Both the position numbers and the translations under genes were made by a program. The notes under the pieces were generated by a model. It did no database searches. It had not been told where the DNA came from and saw only the letters and a program-made list of their open reading frames with translations. Positions 30,684-41,055 of a DNA stretch of 64,000 bases are shown here, piece after piece (the stretch's first letter is position 1; every line of letters begins with the position of its first letter). Source of the DNA: an uncultured cyanobacterium (GTDB lineage: Bacteria > Cyanobacteriota > Cyanobacteriia > PCC-6307 > Cyanobiaceae); NCBI GenBank assembly GCA_903935205.1, contig CAIZQU010000152.1:24404-88403 (forward strand), in the 5' to 3' direction.

Positions 30684-32837
30684 ATGGCTCTCAAGCTTTT
30701 CCGACGCCTTGGCGTCCAATCGAAGGTCCTCTCGATGGTGCTGCTGGCCAGCCTGCTCAGCTTGCTGCTGACGGGCATCGTCAGCTACGCAATCGGCAGC
30801 CGCGTGCTGACCAAAGCTGCCATGAACCAGTTGGTGGTGCTGCGCAACAGCCGGGCGGAGGCAATCAAAGGCTACTTCGAACTGCTCAGCAACCACGTGA
30901 TGACCATGAGCGAGGGGTTTCTTGCCATTGAAGGCATCAGGGATTTCAAGGCCAGCTATCCCAAACTGACCAATTCAAAACTAAACACCGAGCAAAAACA
31001 AAAGCTGACAAACTACTATAACGATGAATTCATTCCCAAGCTGCGCAAGAATATCGAGGGGAATCCCGTGGCAGCCACCTATTTCCCACAGACGCCAGAG
31101 GATCTGTACCTGACCTATCATTACACGGTCAACAATCCATTTCCTGCGGACAGACAGAAGCTCGACGATCCAGGAGACGGCAGCGAATACAGCCAATTTC
31201 ACAAAAAGTACCATCCCAAGCTTCGGCGGATGAGTGAATTATTTAATCTCAGAGACGTTTTCTTGGTCGACATTGATACGACCACCGTTCTCTATACAGT
31301 TTCCAAGGAGGTTGACACGGGTACCAACCTCAAAACGGGGCCCTTCTCTGACAGCGCCCTTGCCAAGACCTTTGAAGAAGTGCGGCGATCGAGGGATCCT
31401 CATTTTATTTACATATCAGACATCGAACACTACAAAGCCAGTTTTGGCGAACCAGCATTCTTTGTAGGCACAACAGTCTTCGACGGCGATCGCTTTGTGG
31501 GGGCATTGATCTATCAGATCAATCCCGAGTCTATTGACATGGTCATGACCGATGACCACCGCTGGGTTCAACAAGGCTTGGGAGAAACGGGCGAATCCTA
31601 TCTGGTCGCAAACGATTTGAAGTTTCGCTCTTCACCCCGTGAGTTTCTTGAAAATCCCAAAAACTATTTTCAACTCCTTCGCCGCCAGGGAACGCCCCAG
31701 GACCGCATCGACTGGATCAAACGCACCGGCAGTCCGGTGTTGATTCAGGCGGTGCGCACCGAAGCAGCGCGACGTGCATTGAACGATCAGACCGGCGAGG
31801 TGGAATATGTTGATTATCGCGGCAAGGAGGCCATTGCCTCGTATCAGCCGATCCGTCTCGGCAATCTGCAGTGGGGTCTTGTCGCCAAGATCGACAAGGA
31901 CGAGGCCCTGCGGGGTGTGCGGCGTCTGCGCGACACCCTGCTACTGCTGGCGGCGATTCTGATCCCGCTTCTGACGATGATGTCCCTGGCTTTGGCACGC
32001 ACATTCATCCGTCCGATTCAGCGCCTGATGAAAGCGACCAAATCGATCGCTGCTGGTGATAGCACAGTACAAGTCAACGTTGAATCGGATGATGAATACG
32101 GCGAACTAACCCGTTCCTTCAATGCCATGGCCAGCACCCTCCAGCAGCGGGAAGAGTCGATCCGCGCCCAGCTCAAGGAAAATGATCGACTTCTGCTCAA
32201 CATTCTTCCTGCACGCACGGCTGAACGGCTCAAGCGCGGTGAGAGCTCGATCACCGAACAGTTCCCAAGCGTCACTGTGCTCTATGCCGATCTGGAGGGG
32301 TTTCAGTCCGTATCAGCCGACCTTGACCCGGAGAAAGCGATCGAAGTTCTCAATGAAATGATCGGCGCCTTCGATGATGCTGCCGAGCGCTACGGCGTGG
32401 AAAAGTTGCGCAGCACCGGCTCCAACTATCTAGCGGTCTGCGGCCTCTCCTTACCGCGCATTGATGACGAGAAGCGCACCGCCGAGCTGGCCCTGGCAAT
32501 GCTGCAGGTGGTCGAGCGGCTCAGTGCCAAGCACGCCCTCAATCTGAGCCTCGACATCGGCATCCACACCGGCGCCCTGGCGGCCGGTGTGGTGGGCAGC
32601 AGCAAGTTCTACTACGACGTCTGGGGGGAAACGATCACCATCGCCCGCGCCATTCATAGCTCTGCCAAGCAGAACGTGATCCAGGTCACAGAACCGCTGG
32701 TGCGCGCTCTGGATGGGCTCTACACCTTCATCCCCCTGGCGGCGATCGAAGTGAAAGGAGAGGGCAGGATTCCGATCTGGGAGCTGCACCGCCTCGAGGC
32801 CCCGATCGCCATTGCCTCCACCACCGTTGTGCCATGA
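30684..32837 (+). CDS. Membrane Cache/HAMP class III nucleotidyl cyclase-like protein (degenerate active site)
   Basis: Two TMs, large periplasmic domain, HAMP (RPIQRL...DEYGELTRSFN), LLLNILP, VLYADLEGF, GIHTG, YDVWG. Confidence 0.9.
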   Translation: MALKLFRRLGVQSKVLSMVLLASLLSLLLTGIVSYAIGSRVLTKAAMNQLVVLRNSRAEAIKGYFELLSNHVMTMSEGFLAIEGIRDFKASYPKLTNSKLNTEQKQKLTNYYNDEFIPKLRKNIEGNPVAATYFPQTPEDLYLTYHYTVNNPFPADRQKLDDPGDGSEYSQFHKKYHPKLRRMSELFNLRDVFLVDIDTTTVLYTVSKEVDTGTNLKTGPFSDSALAKTFEEVRRSRDPHFIYISDIEHYKASFGEPAFFVGTTVFDGDRFVGALIYQINPESIDMVMTDDHRWVQQGLGETGESYLVANDLKFRSSPREFLENPKNYFQLLRRQGTPQDRIDWIKRTGSPVLIQAVRTEAARRALNDQTGEVEYVDYRGKEAIASYQPIRLGNLQWGLVAKIDKDEALRGVRRLRDTLLLLAAILIPLLTMMSLALARTFIRPIQRLMKATKSIAAGDSTVQVNVESDDEYGELTRSFNAMASTLQQREESIRAQLKENDRLLLNILPARTAERLKRGESSITEQFPSVTVLYADLEGFQSVSADLDPEKAIEVLNEMIGAFDDAAERYGVEKLRSTGSNYLAVCGLSLPRIDDEKRTAELALAMLQVVERLSAKHALNLSLDIGIHTGALAAGVVGSSKFYYDVWGETITIARAIHSSAKQNVIQVTEPLVRALDGLYTFIPLAAIEVKGEGRIPIWELHRLEAPIAIASTTVVP

Positions 32838-34441
32838 GCATCGTGGATCTCCTCGCCGCGTCCGCCGGCAGCATGGTCGCGAAGTTGAGTGCCAGCAGCG
32901 CCGCCGCGATCAACCGTCTGAACCCCATCTGGGTGTTCGTTCTGGTGATCGGCTTCCCACTGCTGATGCTGGTGCTGGAGGAGCTTCTGCGATCCCTGCG
33001 CCAACGCCATTCGCACTACCTGGCTCCGCTGGCGATCGTGCGCAACTGGATGCTGCCGGTTCTGGCTCTGTATCTGGTGCTGGTTCAGCTGCTCGGCCGG
33101 CCGCGCACGGCGATCGGTGTGCGCCTGAGCGAGACGCTGATCTGGATCACCCTGATCCTGGCGGCCCTGACGCTGCTCAACGTGATCCTGTTCGAGGGCG
33201 CCGTCCAGGGCAGCTGGCAGGCCAGGGTTCCGAAACTCTTTCGCGATCTGGGCAGCTTTCTTCTGGTGCTCGTCGGCTCAGCGATCGTGCTCTCCAGTGT
33301 CTGGGGCGCTGATCTCGGGGGCTTCCTCACCGCCCTGGGGGTGGGATCGTTGGTGCTGGGCCTGGCATTGCAGGACAGCCTCGGCAACATCTTTTCAGGG
33401 GTCGCCCTGCTGTTTGAACAGCCGATCGGCATGGGCGACTGGATCCAGATCGGTGACAGCCTGGGCAAGGTGGTGGAGGTGAACTGGCGCTCCGTTCATC
33501 TTCAAACCAGCAACGATGATCTGGTGGTCATCCCCAACGCCGAACTGGCCAAGGGGCAATTCACCAACTTCAGCCGTCCCAGCTCGCTGCATCGGCTTGA
33601 GATTCCGATCGCCTTCTCCTATGATGATCCCCCCAATCGTGTGCGCCAACTCCTGATCAGTGCCGCCCTTGAAATCCCTGAAGTTCTGCACAAACCGGCC
33701 CCCAATGTGGTGGTCGTGAACTACGGAGACTTTGCGATCAGCTATTTACTACAAATATATGCCAATGATTTCAACAGTGGAGAAAACATCCGTGACGAGA
33801 TGAATCTTCGCATCTGGTATGTAGCCAGGCGCCATGGCCTGACCATGCCCTATCCGGTGCAGCAGACCCTTCCCTATGCCTCTGCCGTGGACTCCCCGGC
33901 AGAGCAGCGCCTAGCCTGTCTCAGGTTATTGCGCAGCACGCCCGGCTTCGCTGCCATGCCGATCGACCGGCTGCAGCAGATCCTCGACACCTGCCCGATC
34001 CGCGCCTATGCCACCCATGAAAGCGTGCTGCAGCAGCACAGCAGACTTGATGGCCTCTACCTGATCATCAAAGGTTCTGCCGAGCTGCTGGTGGCCGATG
34101 CCAAGGGCATGACGATCAGCCTCGGCGTTCTGCTCCAAGGCGAATTCTTTGGTGAAAAAAGTTCATTGCTCCACGGCCGTGTCGCCGACACCGAGGTTCG
34201 CGCCTGCGACGATCTTGAAGTGCTGTTCATCCCCACGGACCAGCTTCTGGAACTCCAGCTCGATTCCCCACGGCTGGCCGCCGATCTGGCCGAAGTGATC
34301 GAGATCAGGCATCGCGCCCTGCTCGATCTGCTCGGGGCCCATCGCCCCATCGCCGCCAGAAGCCCGACCGCCCTTTCAGCTGCCAGACCGGCCGCACCAC
34401 CATCACCAGATGCTGGTGGTGAGCCTCGCCCGGCCGCCTGA
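32834..34441 (+). CDS. MscS-family mechanosensitive channel with C-terminal cNMP-binding-like domain
   Basis: GLALQDSLGNIFSG, GDWIQIG, VNWRS, VIPNAEL; CNB-like GEFFGE; ATGA overlap with cyclase stop. Confidence 0.92.
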   Translation: MSIVDLLAASAGSMVAKLSASSAAAINRLNPIWVFVLVIGFPLLMLVLEELLRSLRQRHSHYLAPLAIVRNWMLPVLALYLVLVQLLGRPRTAIGVRLSETLIWITLILAALTLLNVILFEGAVQGSWQARVPKLFRDLGSFLLVLVGSAIVLSSVWGADLGGFLTALGVGSLVLGLALQDSLGNIFSGVALLFEQPIGMGDWIQIGDSLGKVVEVNWRSVHLQTSNDDLVVIPNAELAKGQFTNFSRPSSLHRLEIPIAFSYDDPPNRVRQLLISAALEIPEVLHKPAPNVVVVNYGDFAISYLLQIYANDFNSGENIRDEMNLRIWYVARRHGLTMPYPVQQTLPYASAVDSPAEQRLACLRLLRSTPGFAAMPIDRLQQILDTCPIRAYATHESVLQQHSRLDGLYLIIKGSAELLVADAKGMTISLGVLLQGEFFGEKSSLLHGRVADTEVRACDDLEVLFIPTDQLLELQLDSPRLAADLAEVIEIRHRALLDLLGAHRPIAARSPTALSAARPAAPPSPDAGGEPRPAA

Positions 34442-34565
34442 TCCAGAACCCAGCAGCGGACCTGGAGCTGGAGCCTGCACAGCACCGCCCAGGCCGAGAG
34501 GAATGCCACGCCACCAGCAACGCTCTCCCGAGAAGTCGGCGGGGCGCTCTGGGCGGCAGAGGGTT

Positions 34566-35423
34566 TCAGGACAACCAAGCGGAGTCATCGGCCTCAGGGT
34601 CGTCCCCTTCCTCCCCGGACTCCTCGGGGGGCCAGGCCAGCTGAAGCAGCACCGGCGCATGGTCGCTGGGCTGGCTGTTGCCTCGCACCCGGCTGTGGAT
34701 CGTGCAGGCCAGGGCCCGGTCGCGCAGTTCCTGGTCAAGATAGAGGTGATCGATCCGCCAGCCCCGGCCCGTCTCCCAGCCGCCGCTGCGGTAGTCCCAC
34801 CAGCTCCAGTGGCCCGAAGCCGACTCGAACAGGCGAAAACCATCCTCCAGCCGGTCCGCCAGCAGCTGGCGCAGGGCCTGGCGCTCCGCTTCACTGGCCA
34901 TGATCCCGCCGCTGAGGCGCTTGGGGTCGTGGATATCGCGATCCTCAAGGGCAATGTTGAAATCCCCCAGCATCAGCAGCGGTTCCCCCTGCTGCTCCTG
35001 GGCCTGCAGATACCGGCCGAGGCAGGCCAGCCAGCGCAACTTGTAGGCGTATTTATCCGACTGCAGCGAGGAGCCGTTGGGCACATAGAGGTTGAGAATG
35101 CGGATGCCTTCGATGCGGGCGCTGATCAACCGCTTCTGCTCCTCCAGGTCCGTCGCTTCCTGATCGTCCTTCAGCAGGCTCGAGAAGCCGACCTGCACAT
35201 CCTCCAGCGGCAGGCGACTGAGGATCGCCACCCCGTTGTAGGCCTTCTGACCGCTGATCTCCACCCCGTAGCCCAGGGCCTCAAAGGGCTCCCGGGGGAA
35301 CAGGGCGTCGGCCACCTTCGTCTCCTGCAGACACAGCACCTCAGGCCGCTCCTCCGCCAGCCAGGTGAGCACCTGATCGAGGCGGGTGCGCACGGAATTG
35401 ACGTTCCAGGTGGCGATCCGCAT
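34566..35423 (-). CDS. xth: Exodeoxyribonuclease III / AP endonuclease
   Basis: MRIATWNVNSVR, LQETK, YNGVAILS, YVPNG, GDFNIA, RIDH, SDHAP. Confidence 0.97.
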   Translation of the reverse strand: MRIATWNVNSVRTRLDQVLTWLAEERPEVLCLQETKVADALFPREPFEALGYGVEISGQKAYNGVAILSRLPLEDVQVGFSSLLKDDQEATDLEEQKRLISARIEGIRILNLYVPNGSSLQSDKYAYKLRWLACLGRYLQAQEQQGEPLLMLGDFNIALEDRDIHDPKRLSGGIMASEAERQALRQLLADRLEDGFRLFESASGHWSWWDYRSGGWETGRGWRIDHLYLDQELRDRALACTIHSRVRGNSQPSDHAPVLLQLAWPPEESGEEGDDPEADDSAWLS

Positions 35424-35483
35424 GGTCGGCTGCAACTGGGCACCACTTCTAGACTCCTCCAGCGCCTCCATCCGCAACCGGTC

Positions 35484-35858
35484 ATGGTCCCTGTTCCGTC
35501 CTGGCACCTTCCGGCGGCTCCGGTCTCGGTGGCGGGCCTGGCCTTGATCCTGGCCACCGGCGAGGTCCTGACCGCCGGCGCTGCCTTCGCCCAGCAGAGC
35601 GGCTACGGCCAGACCCTCGGCACCACCCCCCAGGAGCGCCAGCTCTACGGCAGCGGTAGCTCCGGTGGGCCAGGGGGCGGGCCGATCGATGCACGCAACC
35701 CGATCGATCTGATCAACCAGCTGCGACGCAGCACCGCCCTCGACGACGCCACCCCACCGGCCACCGCCGTGGACCAGGCCCTCAAGGCGCTGGAGGCGTC
35801 CCCCGCTCCGGGGCGGACGCCGGCGGCGACGGTGTCCCCTGGGCTGGCTGGGCCCTGA
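35484..35858 (+). CDS. Conserved secreted picocyanobacterial hypothetical protein
   Basis: Signal peptide ending AFA-QQ, NPIDLINQLRRSTALDDATPP. Confidence 0.6.
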   Translation: MVPVPSWHLPAAPVSVAGLALILATGEVLTAGAAFAQQSGYGQTLGTTPQERQLYGSGSSGGPGGGPIDARNPIDLINQLRRSTALDDATPPATAVDQALKALEASPAPGRTPAATVSPGLAGP

Positions 35859-36639
35859 GCTTCTCCAGCCCCCAGCTGGCGGCCAGCGCATCGAGACGAG
35901 GATCCGGGCGGTCGGGGTCCGGGCCGCGATTGCGGGCGGCCCTCAGGGCCTCCAGGGCGCCGGCTCCATTGCCCCGGGTGTGGCGCAACAGCGCCAGACC
36001 GACCAAGGGACGCTGATCCTGGGGGAAGGCATCGGCCAGCTCCCGGTAGGTCTGTTCGGCAGCGGCCGGGGACTGGCGCTTCTGCTGCAACTCCGCCAGC
36101 AGCAAACCCACCCCCAGGGCCGATGGTTTCGGATCCGGGCGGATCAGGCGTCCGTAGAGCGCCTTGAGCTGGGCCTCGGCCAGACCGGCCTGATCCTGCT
36201 CCAGTCTCAACAAGGTGAGCAGCTGCAGTGCCTCGACCTGGTCGCTCTGCCTGTTGAGGATCTGGCGCAGCTCCCGCTCGGCACCGTTGCGGTCGCCCTG
36301 ATGGCGGCGCAGCTCAGCCAGCATCAGTCTCAAGGACCAGCGTTCAGGCTCCTGGTCGGCCATCGGCTCCAGCAGAGCGATCGCCTCGTCCTTGCGATCG
36401 AGGCCCACCAGCAGCTCCAGCAGCCGTTGCCGATCCCCGTCCTGGGCTTCGCCGCGGTTGAGCTTGCCCCGGAGGCGCTCGGCCTCCTGGGCCAGGCCGC
36501 TGCGTCGCCCATCCTCGACCACCGGCCCTGCCTGGTGGCGTCCCAGCCACCAGCCCCCCCCCAGGGCCAGGCCCCCCAGAAGAAGGGCGCCAGCCAGGGT
36601 CCAGAGGAGACCGGCGCGGCTGCGGGTGGGGGTGGGCAT
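35782..36639 (-). CDS. Tetratricopeptide-repeat protein with N-terminal TM
   Basis: Amphipathic helical repeats (LRLMLAELRR, AEQTYRELADAFP). Confidence 0.75.
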   Translation of the reverse strand: MPTPTRSRAGLLWTLAGALLLGGLALGGGWWLGRHQAGPVVEDGRRSGLAQEAERLRGKLNRGEAQDGDRQRLLELLVGLDRKDEAIALLEPMADQEPERWSLRLMLAELRRHQGDRNGAERELRQILNRQSDQVEALQLLTLLRLEQDQAGLAEAQLKALYGRLIRPDPKPSALGVGLLLAELQQKRQSPAAAEQTYRELADAFPQDQRPLVGLALLRHTRGNGAGALEALRAARNRGPDPDRPDPRLDALAASWGLEKLRAQPAQGTPSPPASAPERGTPPAP

Positions 36640-36892
36640 CAGGGTCAGGGCAGTCCGGTGGGGGACGGGCCGGGTCGGGGCTGGCAGCAGGGGGGCTGAC
36701 ACCAGGGGGGCAGGCCCAAGGGAGGCCGGCCCTGGAGCCCGTCAAGGAGCTGGCTGCCGAGCGAGGGCAACCAGCGGAGAGGGGGCGCCGGACCGGATGG
36801 CGCCAGATCTGAGCGGAGGTTACCCGCCGCACTGGCTACATTGACCCGGATTCCTGCCTTTGCCTGCCCGCCGCGGCCTCCTCTCCCCCACC

Positions 36893-37654
36893 ATGCGCCA
36901 GCACCCCATTTCCCCGGTCACCGAACCGATGCAGTACCGGGCGATCGGCCTGGTGCGGGGGGTGTATGTGCCCTCCGACCCCGAGCAACTGAGCCGGGGA
37001 CTGATTCGCTGCGAGGATGGAAGCGAGCTGGAAGCGGTCGTGCTGGGCCGCCTGCTCACCCTGATCCGCCGCCACCTGGACCTGGCTGAGCCCCACCTCT
37101 GGGTGGTGTATCCCCGCAACCGCGATTGCGAGCAACTGCATCTGCAGATGGTGGGTGTCTGGGAACCCAGCACCCTTGCCGCCGGCCAGGACCCCATTGA
37201 CAGCCCTACGGCCGGAGGGCCGATGGAGGATGAACCCCAGGAGGGTGATGGCTGGTTTTCGGTGCGGGGTGAGCTCGTCTACACCAGACCCGAGACGGGC
37301 GACCTGGTGGTCAAGGTGAGGCAGAAACCCCGGGCTGATGGCAACCGCCCCATCCCCTTCAAGCTGCAGCTCCGCGGCATCGTGCCCCTGGAGCACCTCC
37401 GCCATTTCGTCTCCCTCGATCTGCGCCGCCACGGCCAGCAACTCAGCGTCGAGACCGTCGACGTGATCGGCCCCTTGGCCCAGCGGGGCAGTCGGGGCGG
37501 CAAGGGCCGTCGCGGCAGTGGGGCCGGTGGCGGTGAGCGCCGCGGAGCCGAGCGCCGTCCCGCGGATCGGCGCTCCGGCGAGGCACCAGCCGAGCGCTCC
37601 GGCGGCGGACCTGTCCGCAGCCATGATCGGGCCGTGACCCGACCGGGCCGTTGA
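36893..37654 (+). CDS. Conserved cyanobacterial hypothetical protein with Arg/Gly-rich tail
   Basis: HPISPVTEPMQYRAIGLVRG, LWVVYPR, FSVRGEL, PFKLQL. Confidence 0.75.
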   Translation: MRQHPISPVTEPMQYRAIGLVRGVYVPSDPEQLSRGLIRCEDGSELEAVVLGRLLTLIRRHLDLAEPHLWVVYPRNRDCEQLHLQMVGVWEPSTLAAGQDPIDSPTAGGPMEDEPQEGDGWFSVRGELVYTRPETGDLVVKVRQKPRADGNRPIPFKLQLRGIVPLEHLRHFVSLDLRRHGQQLSVETVDVIGPLAQRGSRGGKGRRGSGAGGGERRGAERRPADRRSGEAPAERSGGGPVRSHDRAVTRPGR

Positions 37655-37670
37655 GGGCTGGAGTCGGCCG

Positions 37671-38405
37671 ATGAGAGGGGCCCTGACGGCCGGTCTGGCG
37701 GTGCTTGTGGTCACCCTGATGGCGCTGTTCGGGCCCCTGGTGGGCCTCTCCCCCTGGATCACCAGCCTGCTGGTGCTGTTCGGCCTGGGCGGCCTGAGCC
37801 TCGATGCCGCACGCTTCGGAGGGCGCGGCGGCCATCTCCTCGCCGAGGCCCTGCCCGGCGGACTGGGACGCCTGCGCCGCATCGCCCTGCACGAGGCTGC
37901 CCATGCCCTGGTGGCGGCCGAAGAGGGGGTGGCCGTGGCGGCGGTGCATGTGGGAAGCCTGGCCTGCCTGCGGGCGGGTCTGGCGGCCGGCGGCACCACC
38001 GTGCTCGACCCCCCGGCCAGCGCCCGCCTTCCCCTCGAGGACCTGCGCCGCTGGAGCCGGGTGCTTCTGGCGGGCATGGCGGCCGAGACCGTGATCTATG
38101 GCTCCAGCGAAGGCGGCGCCGACGACCGCTCCCTGCTGGGCCGCCTCTGGGGGCTCTCGGGCCAGGAGGTGTCCACGGCCCAGATGGAGCAGCGCCGAGC
38201 CCGCCGGGAAGTGGAGCAGTTTCTTCGCCAGCGGCGGCCCCAGCTCGAGGCGGAGGCCGACCGGCTCGCCCGCAGTGCTCCCCGACTGGGCTGGCCCCAA
38301 CCAGGGGGATCGTCAGCGTCGGACTCCCCCGCCGGCGACGCTGGCTCCGACCCGGATGGCCCGGATCGCCCCGCTGCCGGGCCGGCCCGCGTTCCAGAAC
38401 CATGA
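37671..38405 (+). CDS. M41-like Zn-peptidase domain membrane protein
   Basis: HEAAH (HExxH), LAGMAAE, GGADD. Confidence 0.75.
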   Translation: MRGALTAGLAVLVVTLMALFGPLVGLSPWITSLLVLFGLGGLSLDAARFGGRGGHLLAEALPGGLGRLRRIALHEAAHALVAAEEGVAVAAVHVGSLACLRAGLAAGGTTVLDPPASARLPLEDLRRWSRVLLAGMAAETVIYGSSEGGADDRSLLGRLWGLSGQEVSTAQMEQRRARREVEQFLRQRRPQLEAEADRLARSAPRLGWPQPGGSSASDSPAGDAGSDPDGPDRPAAGPARVPEP

Positions 38406-39862
38406 CGCTGCTGCAGCTCGACTGCCCCACCGGTCTGGCCGGCAACATGCTCCTGGCCGGTCTCCTCGACCTCGGGGTGGCCGAGGAGGTGGTGCACCGT
38501 GCCCTTGCCTGCCTGGACCTGGAGGATCGCTACCGGCTCCAGCTGGAGGTGCGCCGCAGCCATGGTCTACGGGGCCTCCATCTGGCGGTGGAGAGCCTTG
38601 AGCCCGATCCCCCCCACCGGCACTGGGGGGACCTGCGCCAGCAGCTGGCCGACTCCCGCCTGCCACCCGATCTCAAGGAGCGGGTGATCGCCGTGTTCAG
38701 CCTGCTGGCGGAGGCCGAGGCGGCGGTCCATGGACAGCCCGCCGAGGCGGTGCACTTCCATGAAGTCGGCGCCCTCGATGCCCTGGTGGACGTGGTCGGG
38801 GTGTGTGCCGCCCTGCGGGAGCTGCGGGTGCAGCGGCTGATCTGCGGCATTCCCCCCGCCGGCCATGGCAGCGTCAGCACCGCCCACGGATTGCTGCCCC
38901 TGCCGGCGCCCGCGGTGCTGGAGATCGCCCGCCGCCGCGGTCTGCCCCTGGGCAGCAGCGAGGGCTTTCCCGCCGGGGAGCTCACCACCCCCACCGGGCT
39001 GGCCCTGATCGCCTGCTGGGCGGAGCGCTTCGGAGCCCCCCCCGCCGCCGTTCCCCTGGCCCTGGGGGTGGGCCTGGGCAGCCGCCAGCTGGACCGACCC
39101 AACCTGCTGCGCTTCACCCTGGCCCGGCCCCTGCAGGACGACACCTCCCAGCCCCGGCTCCCCGGCGATCCGCAGCCACGGATTCCAGGGGAGGGGGGGC
39201 TCCCCTGGCTGGATCCCCCTGGGACGGAGCCGGCCGAGACGGGTGCGGCGGCAGCGGCCCAGGTCGGCGGCGACGGCGAAACCGCCGAGCCCCTGCTGCG
39301 ACAACAGGCCCAGATCGATGATGCCAGCGCCGAAGAGCTGGCATTCCTGGCTGAGGCCCTCCGCCAGGCCGGCGCGGTCGAGGTGTTCAGCCAGGCGGTG
39401 CTGATGAAGAAGGGGAGGCTGGGAACCCTGGTCACCGCCCTGATGCCCCCGGCCCTGGGACCGGCCTTGCGGCAGGTCTGGTGGCGCCACAGCGGCAGCC
39501 TGGGGGTGAGGGAGTCACTGCAGCGCCGCTGGCGCCTGCCCCGCCAGCTTGAGAGGGTCAGCACACCCCTCGGGGACGTGGGGCTGCGCTGGGTCTCCCT
39601 GCCGGACGGTCGGCGCCGGGCCAAGGCCGAATACGAGGATCTGGCGACCCTGGCCCGTCGGCATGGCCTGGGGCTCGATCAGATCCGCCAGCTCGTCACC
39701 GAGGCCGTGGCAGGCAGGGATCTCGCCGGGGGGAGCGATCGGGATCACGCTGGGCCGGCTCCCGAGGTTGCGGATCCCGGTGAGCCGGTTCCAGATCGGG
39801 CGGGAGCCGGCTGCGGCCCAGCTCAGGCTGGGCTGGGCCCGGAGGGGCTGGAAACGCCATGA
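38402..39862 (+). CDS. larC: Nickel insertion protein LarC family
   Basis: GLAGNMLLAGL, HFHEVGALD, PAPAVLEI, ELTTPTG, MKKGR, KAEYED. Confidence 0.92.
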   Translation: MTLLQLDCPTGLAGNMLLAGLLDLGVAEEVVHRALACLDLEDRYRLQLEVRRSHGLRGLHLAVESLEPDPPHRHWGDLRQQLADSRLPPDLKERVIAVFSLLAEAEAAVHGQPAEAVHFHEVGALDALVDVVGVCAALRELRVQRLICGIPPAGHGSVSTAHGLLPLPAPAVLEIARRRGLPLGSSEGFPAGELTTPTGLALIACWAERFGAPPAAVPLALGVGLGSRQLDRPNLLRFTLARPLQDDTSQPRLPGDPQPRIPGEGGLPWLDPPGTEPAETGAAAAAQVGGDGETAEPLLRQQAQIDDASAEELAFLAEALRQAGAVEVFSQAVLMKKGRLGTLVTALMPPALGPALRQVWWRHSGSLGVRESLQRRWRLPRQLERVSTPLGDVGLRWVSLPDGRRRAKAEYEDLATLARRHGLGLDQIRQLVTEAVAGRDLAGGSDRDHAGPAPEVADPGEPVPDRAGAGCGPAQAGLGPEGLETP

Positions 39863-41022
39863 TCCCTCCCATGAATCACCGCCTGCGCGCCCGTCTCCAG
39901 GCCTTCACCGCCCGCCTCAGCAGCGGAGCCCAGGCCATCCGGGGCGCTCTGGCCGGAGGCCTGGCCCGTCCCAGCGCGCCAGCCGCAACCGATCGAGATG
40001 ACGGCCCGCGACCGTTGCGAATGCGTTCCTGGAAGCCCTCCCTGCCGGGCGGTCTTCGCCCCTGGATCACCCTCGCCAGCCTGGCCTTTTTGTTCGCGGC
40101 GCTGTTCAGCCACGGCCGCCAGCTGCTGCAGCTGGGAGTGGACGCCCAGGGTTGGCTGTGGCTGCTGATCGGCCTGGGCCTCTGCCTGCTCAGCGTGGTG
40201 ATGAACGGGGTGGCCTGGTCGGTCCTGCTGACCTGGCTGGGCCAGCGACCGCGTCGTCTGGAGGCGGTGGCCCATTACATGGTCACCAACCTTCGCAAGT
40301 TTCTACCCGGCGGCATCTGGCACCTCAGCACCCGCCTCCAGGATCTGCGCCGGGGTCAGGCCGGCCTGCCAACCCCGATCGATGGCGGCAGCGCCCTGCT
40401 GGCGGTGGTGCTCGAACCGCTGCTGGCGGCCAGCGCCGCCCTCGCCCTGGCTGCCGCCGGCGGTTGGCAGGGAGGTCTTGGACTGCTCGGCCTGCTGCCC
40501 CTGGCCCTGCTGCTGCCCCGCTGGCTGGCGCCACTGCTGGGACAGCTGGAGCGTCGCAAGGCCAGGGAGCTGCAGCGCCAGGATGCGATCGGCGCGGCTG
40601 GGCCACCGGCGCTCGACCCTGCGATCGCCACCACCCCCGTGCTGCCGGGCTATCCTTGGAAGCCGCTGCTGGCGGAAGCGGCCTTCGTGCTGCTGCGCTT
40701 TGCCGGGTTTGCCTGCTGCGTGTGGGCCTTCGATCTGCAGCTGGCCCTCGCCTGGCCCATCTGGCTGGCGGGCTTCGCCCAGGCCTGGACCGTGGGGCTG
40801 GTGGTGCCTGGGGCCCCCGGCGGTCTGGGGGTGTTCGAGGCGGCACTGCTGCTGCGCCTCGGCGGCCTGGTGCCGGCGCCCCAGCTCCTGGCCGTGGCCC
40901 TGAGCTATCGGTTGATCACCACCATCGGCGACCTGCTGGCTGCCCTGCTGGCCGACCTTGACAGCCGCCGCCCCCTGCCGGCCCCGGCAGGCCCCGATCA
41001 AGCTGGCAGCACTTCTCAATAG
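39859..41022 (+). CDS. UPF0104 / lysylphosphatidylglycerol synthase TM (flippase-like) protein
   Basis: KFLPGGIWH, PGAPGGLGVFEA, YRLITT. Confidence 0.85.
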   Translation: MIPPMNHRLRARLQAFTARLSSGAQAIRGALAGGLARPSAPAATDRDDGPRPLRMRSWKPSLPGGLRPWITLASLAFLFAALFSHGRQLLQLGVDAQGWLWLLIGLGLCLLSVVMNGVAWSVLLTWLGQRPRRLEAVAHYMVTNLRKFLPGGIWHLSTRLQDLRRGQAGLPTPIDGGSALLAVVLEPLLAASAALALAAAGGWQGGLGLLGLLPLALLLPRWLAPLLGQLERRKARELQRQDAIGAAGPPALDPAIATTPVLPGYPWKPLLAEAAFVLLRFAGFACCVWAFDLQLALAWPIWLAGFAQAWTVGLVVPGAPGGLGVFEAALLLRLGGLVPAPQLLAVALSYRLITTIGDLLAALLADLDSRRPLPAPAGPDQAGSTSQ

Positions 41023-41055
41023 CCCTTACTCTTGCGAAGTGCCGGGGGAGCCAGG

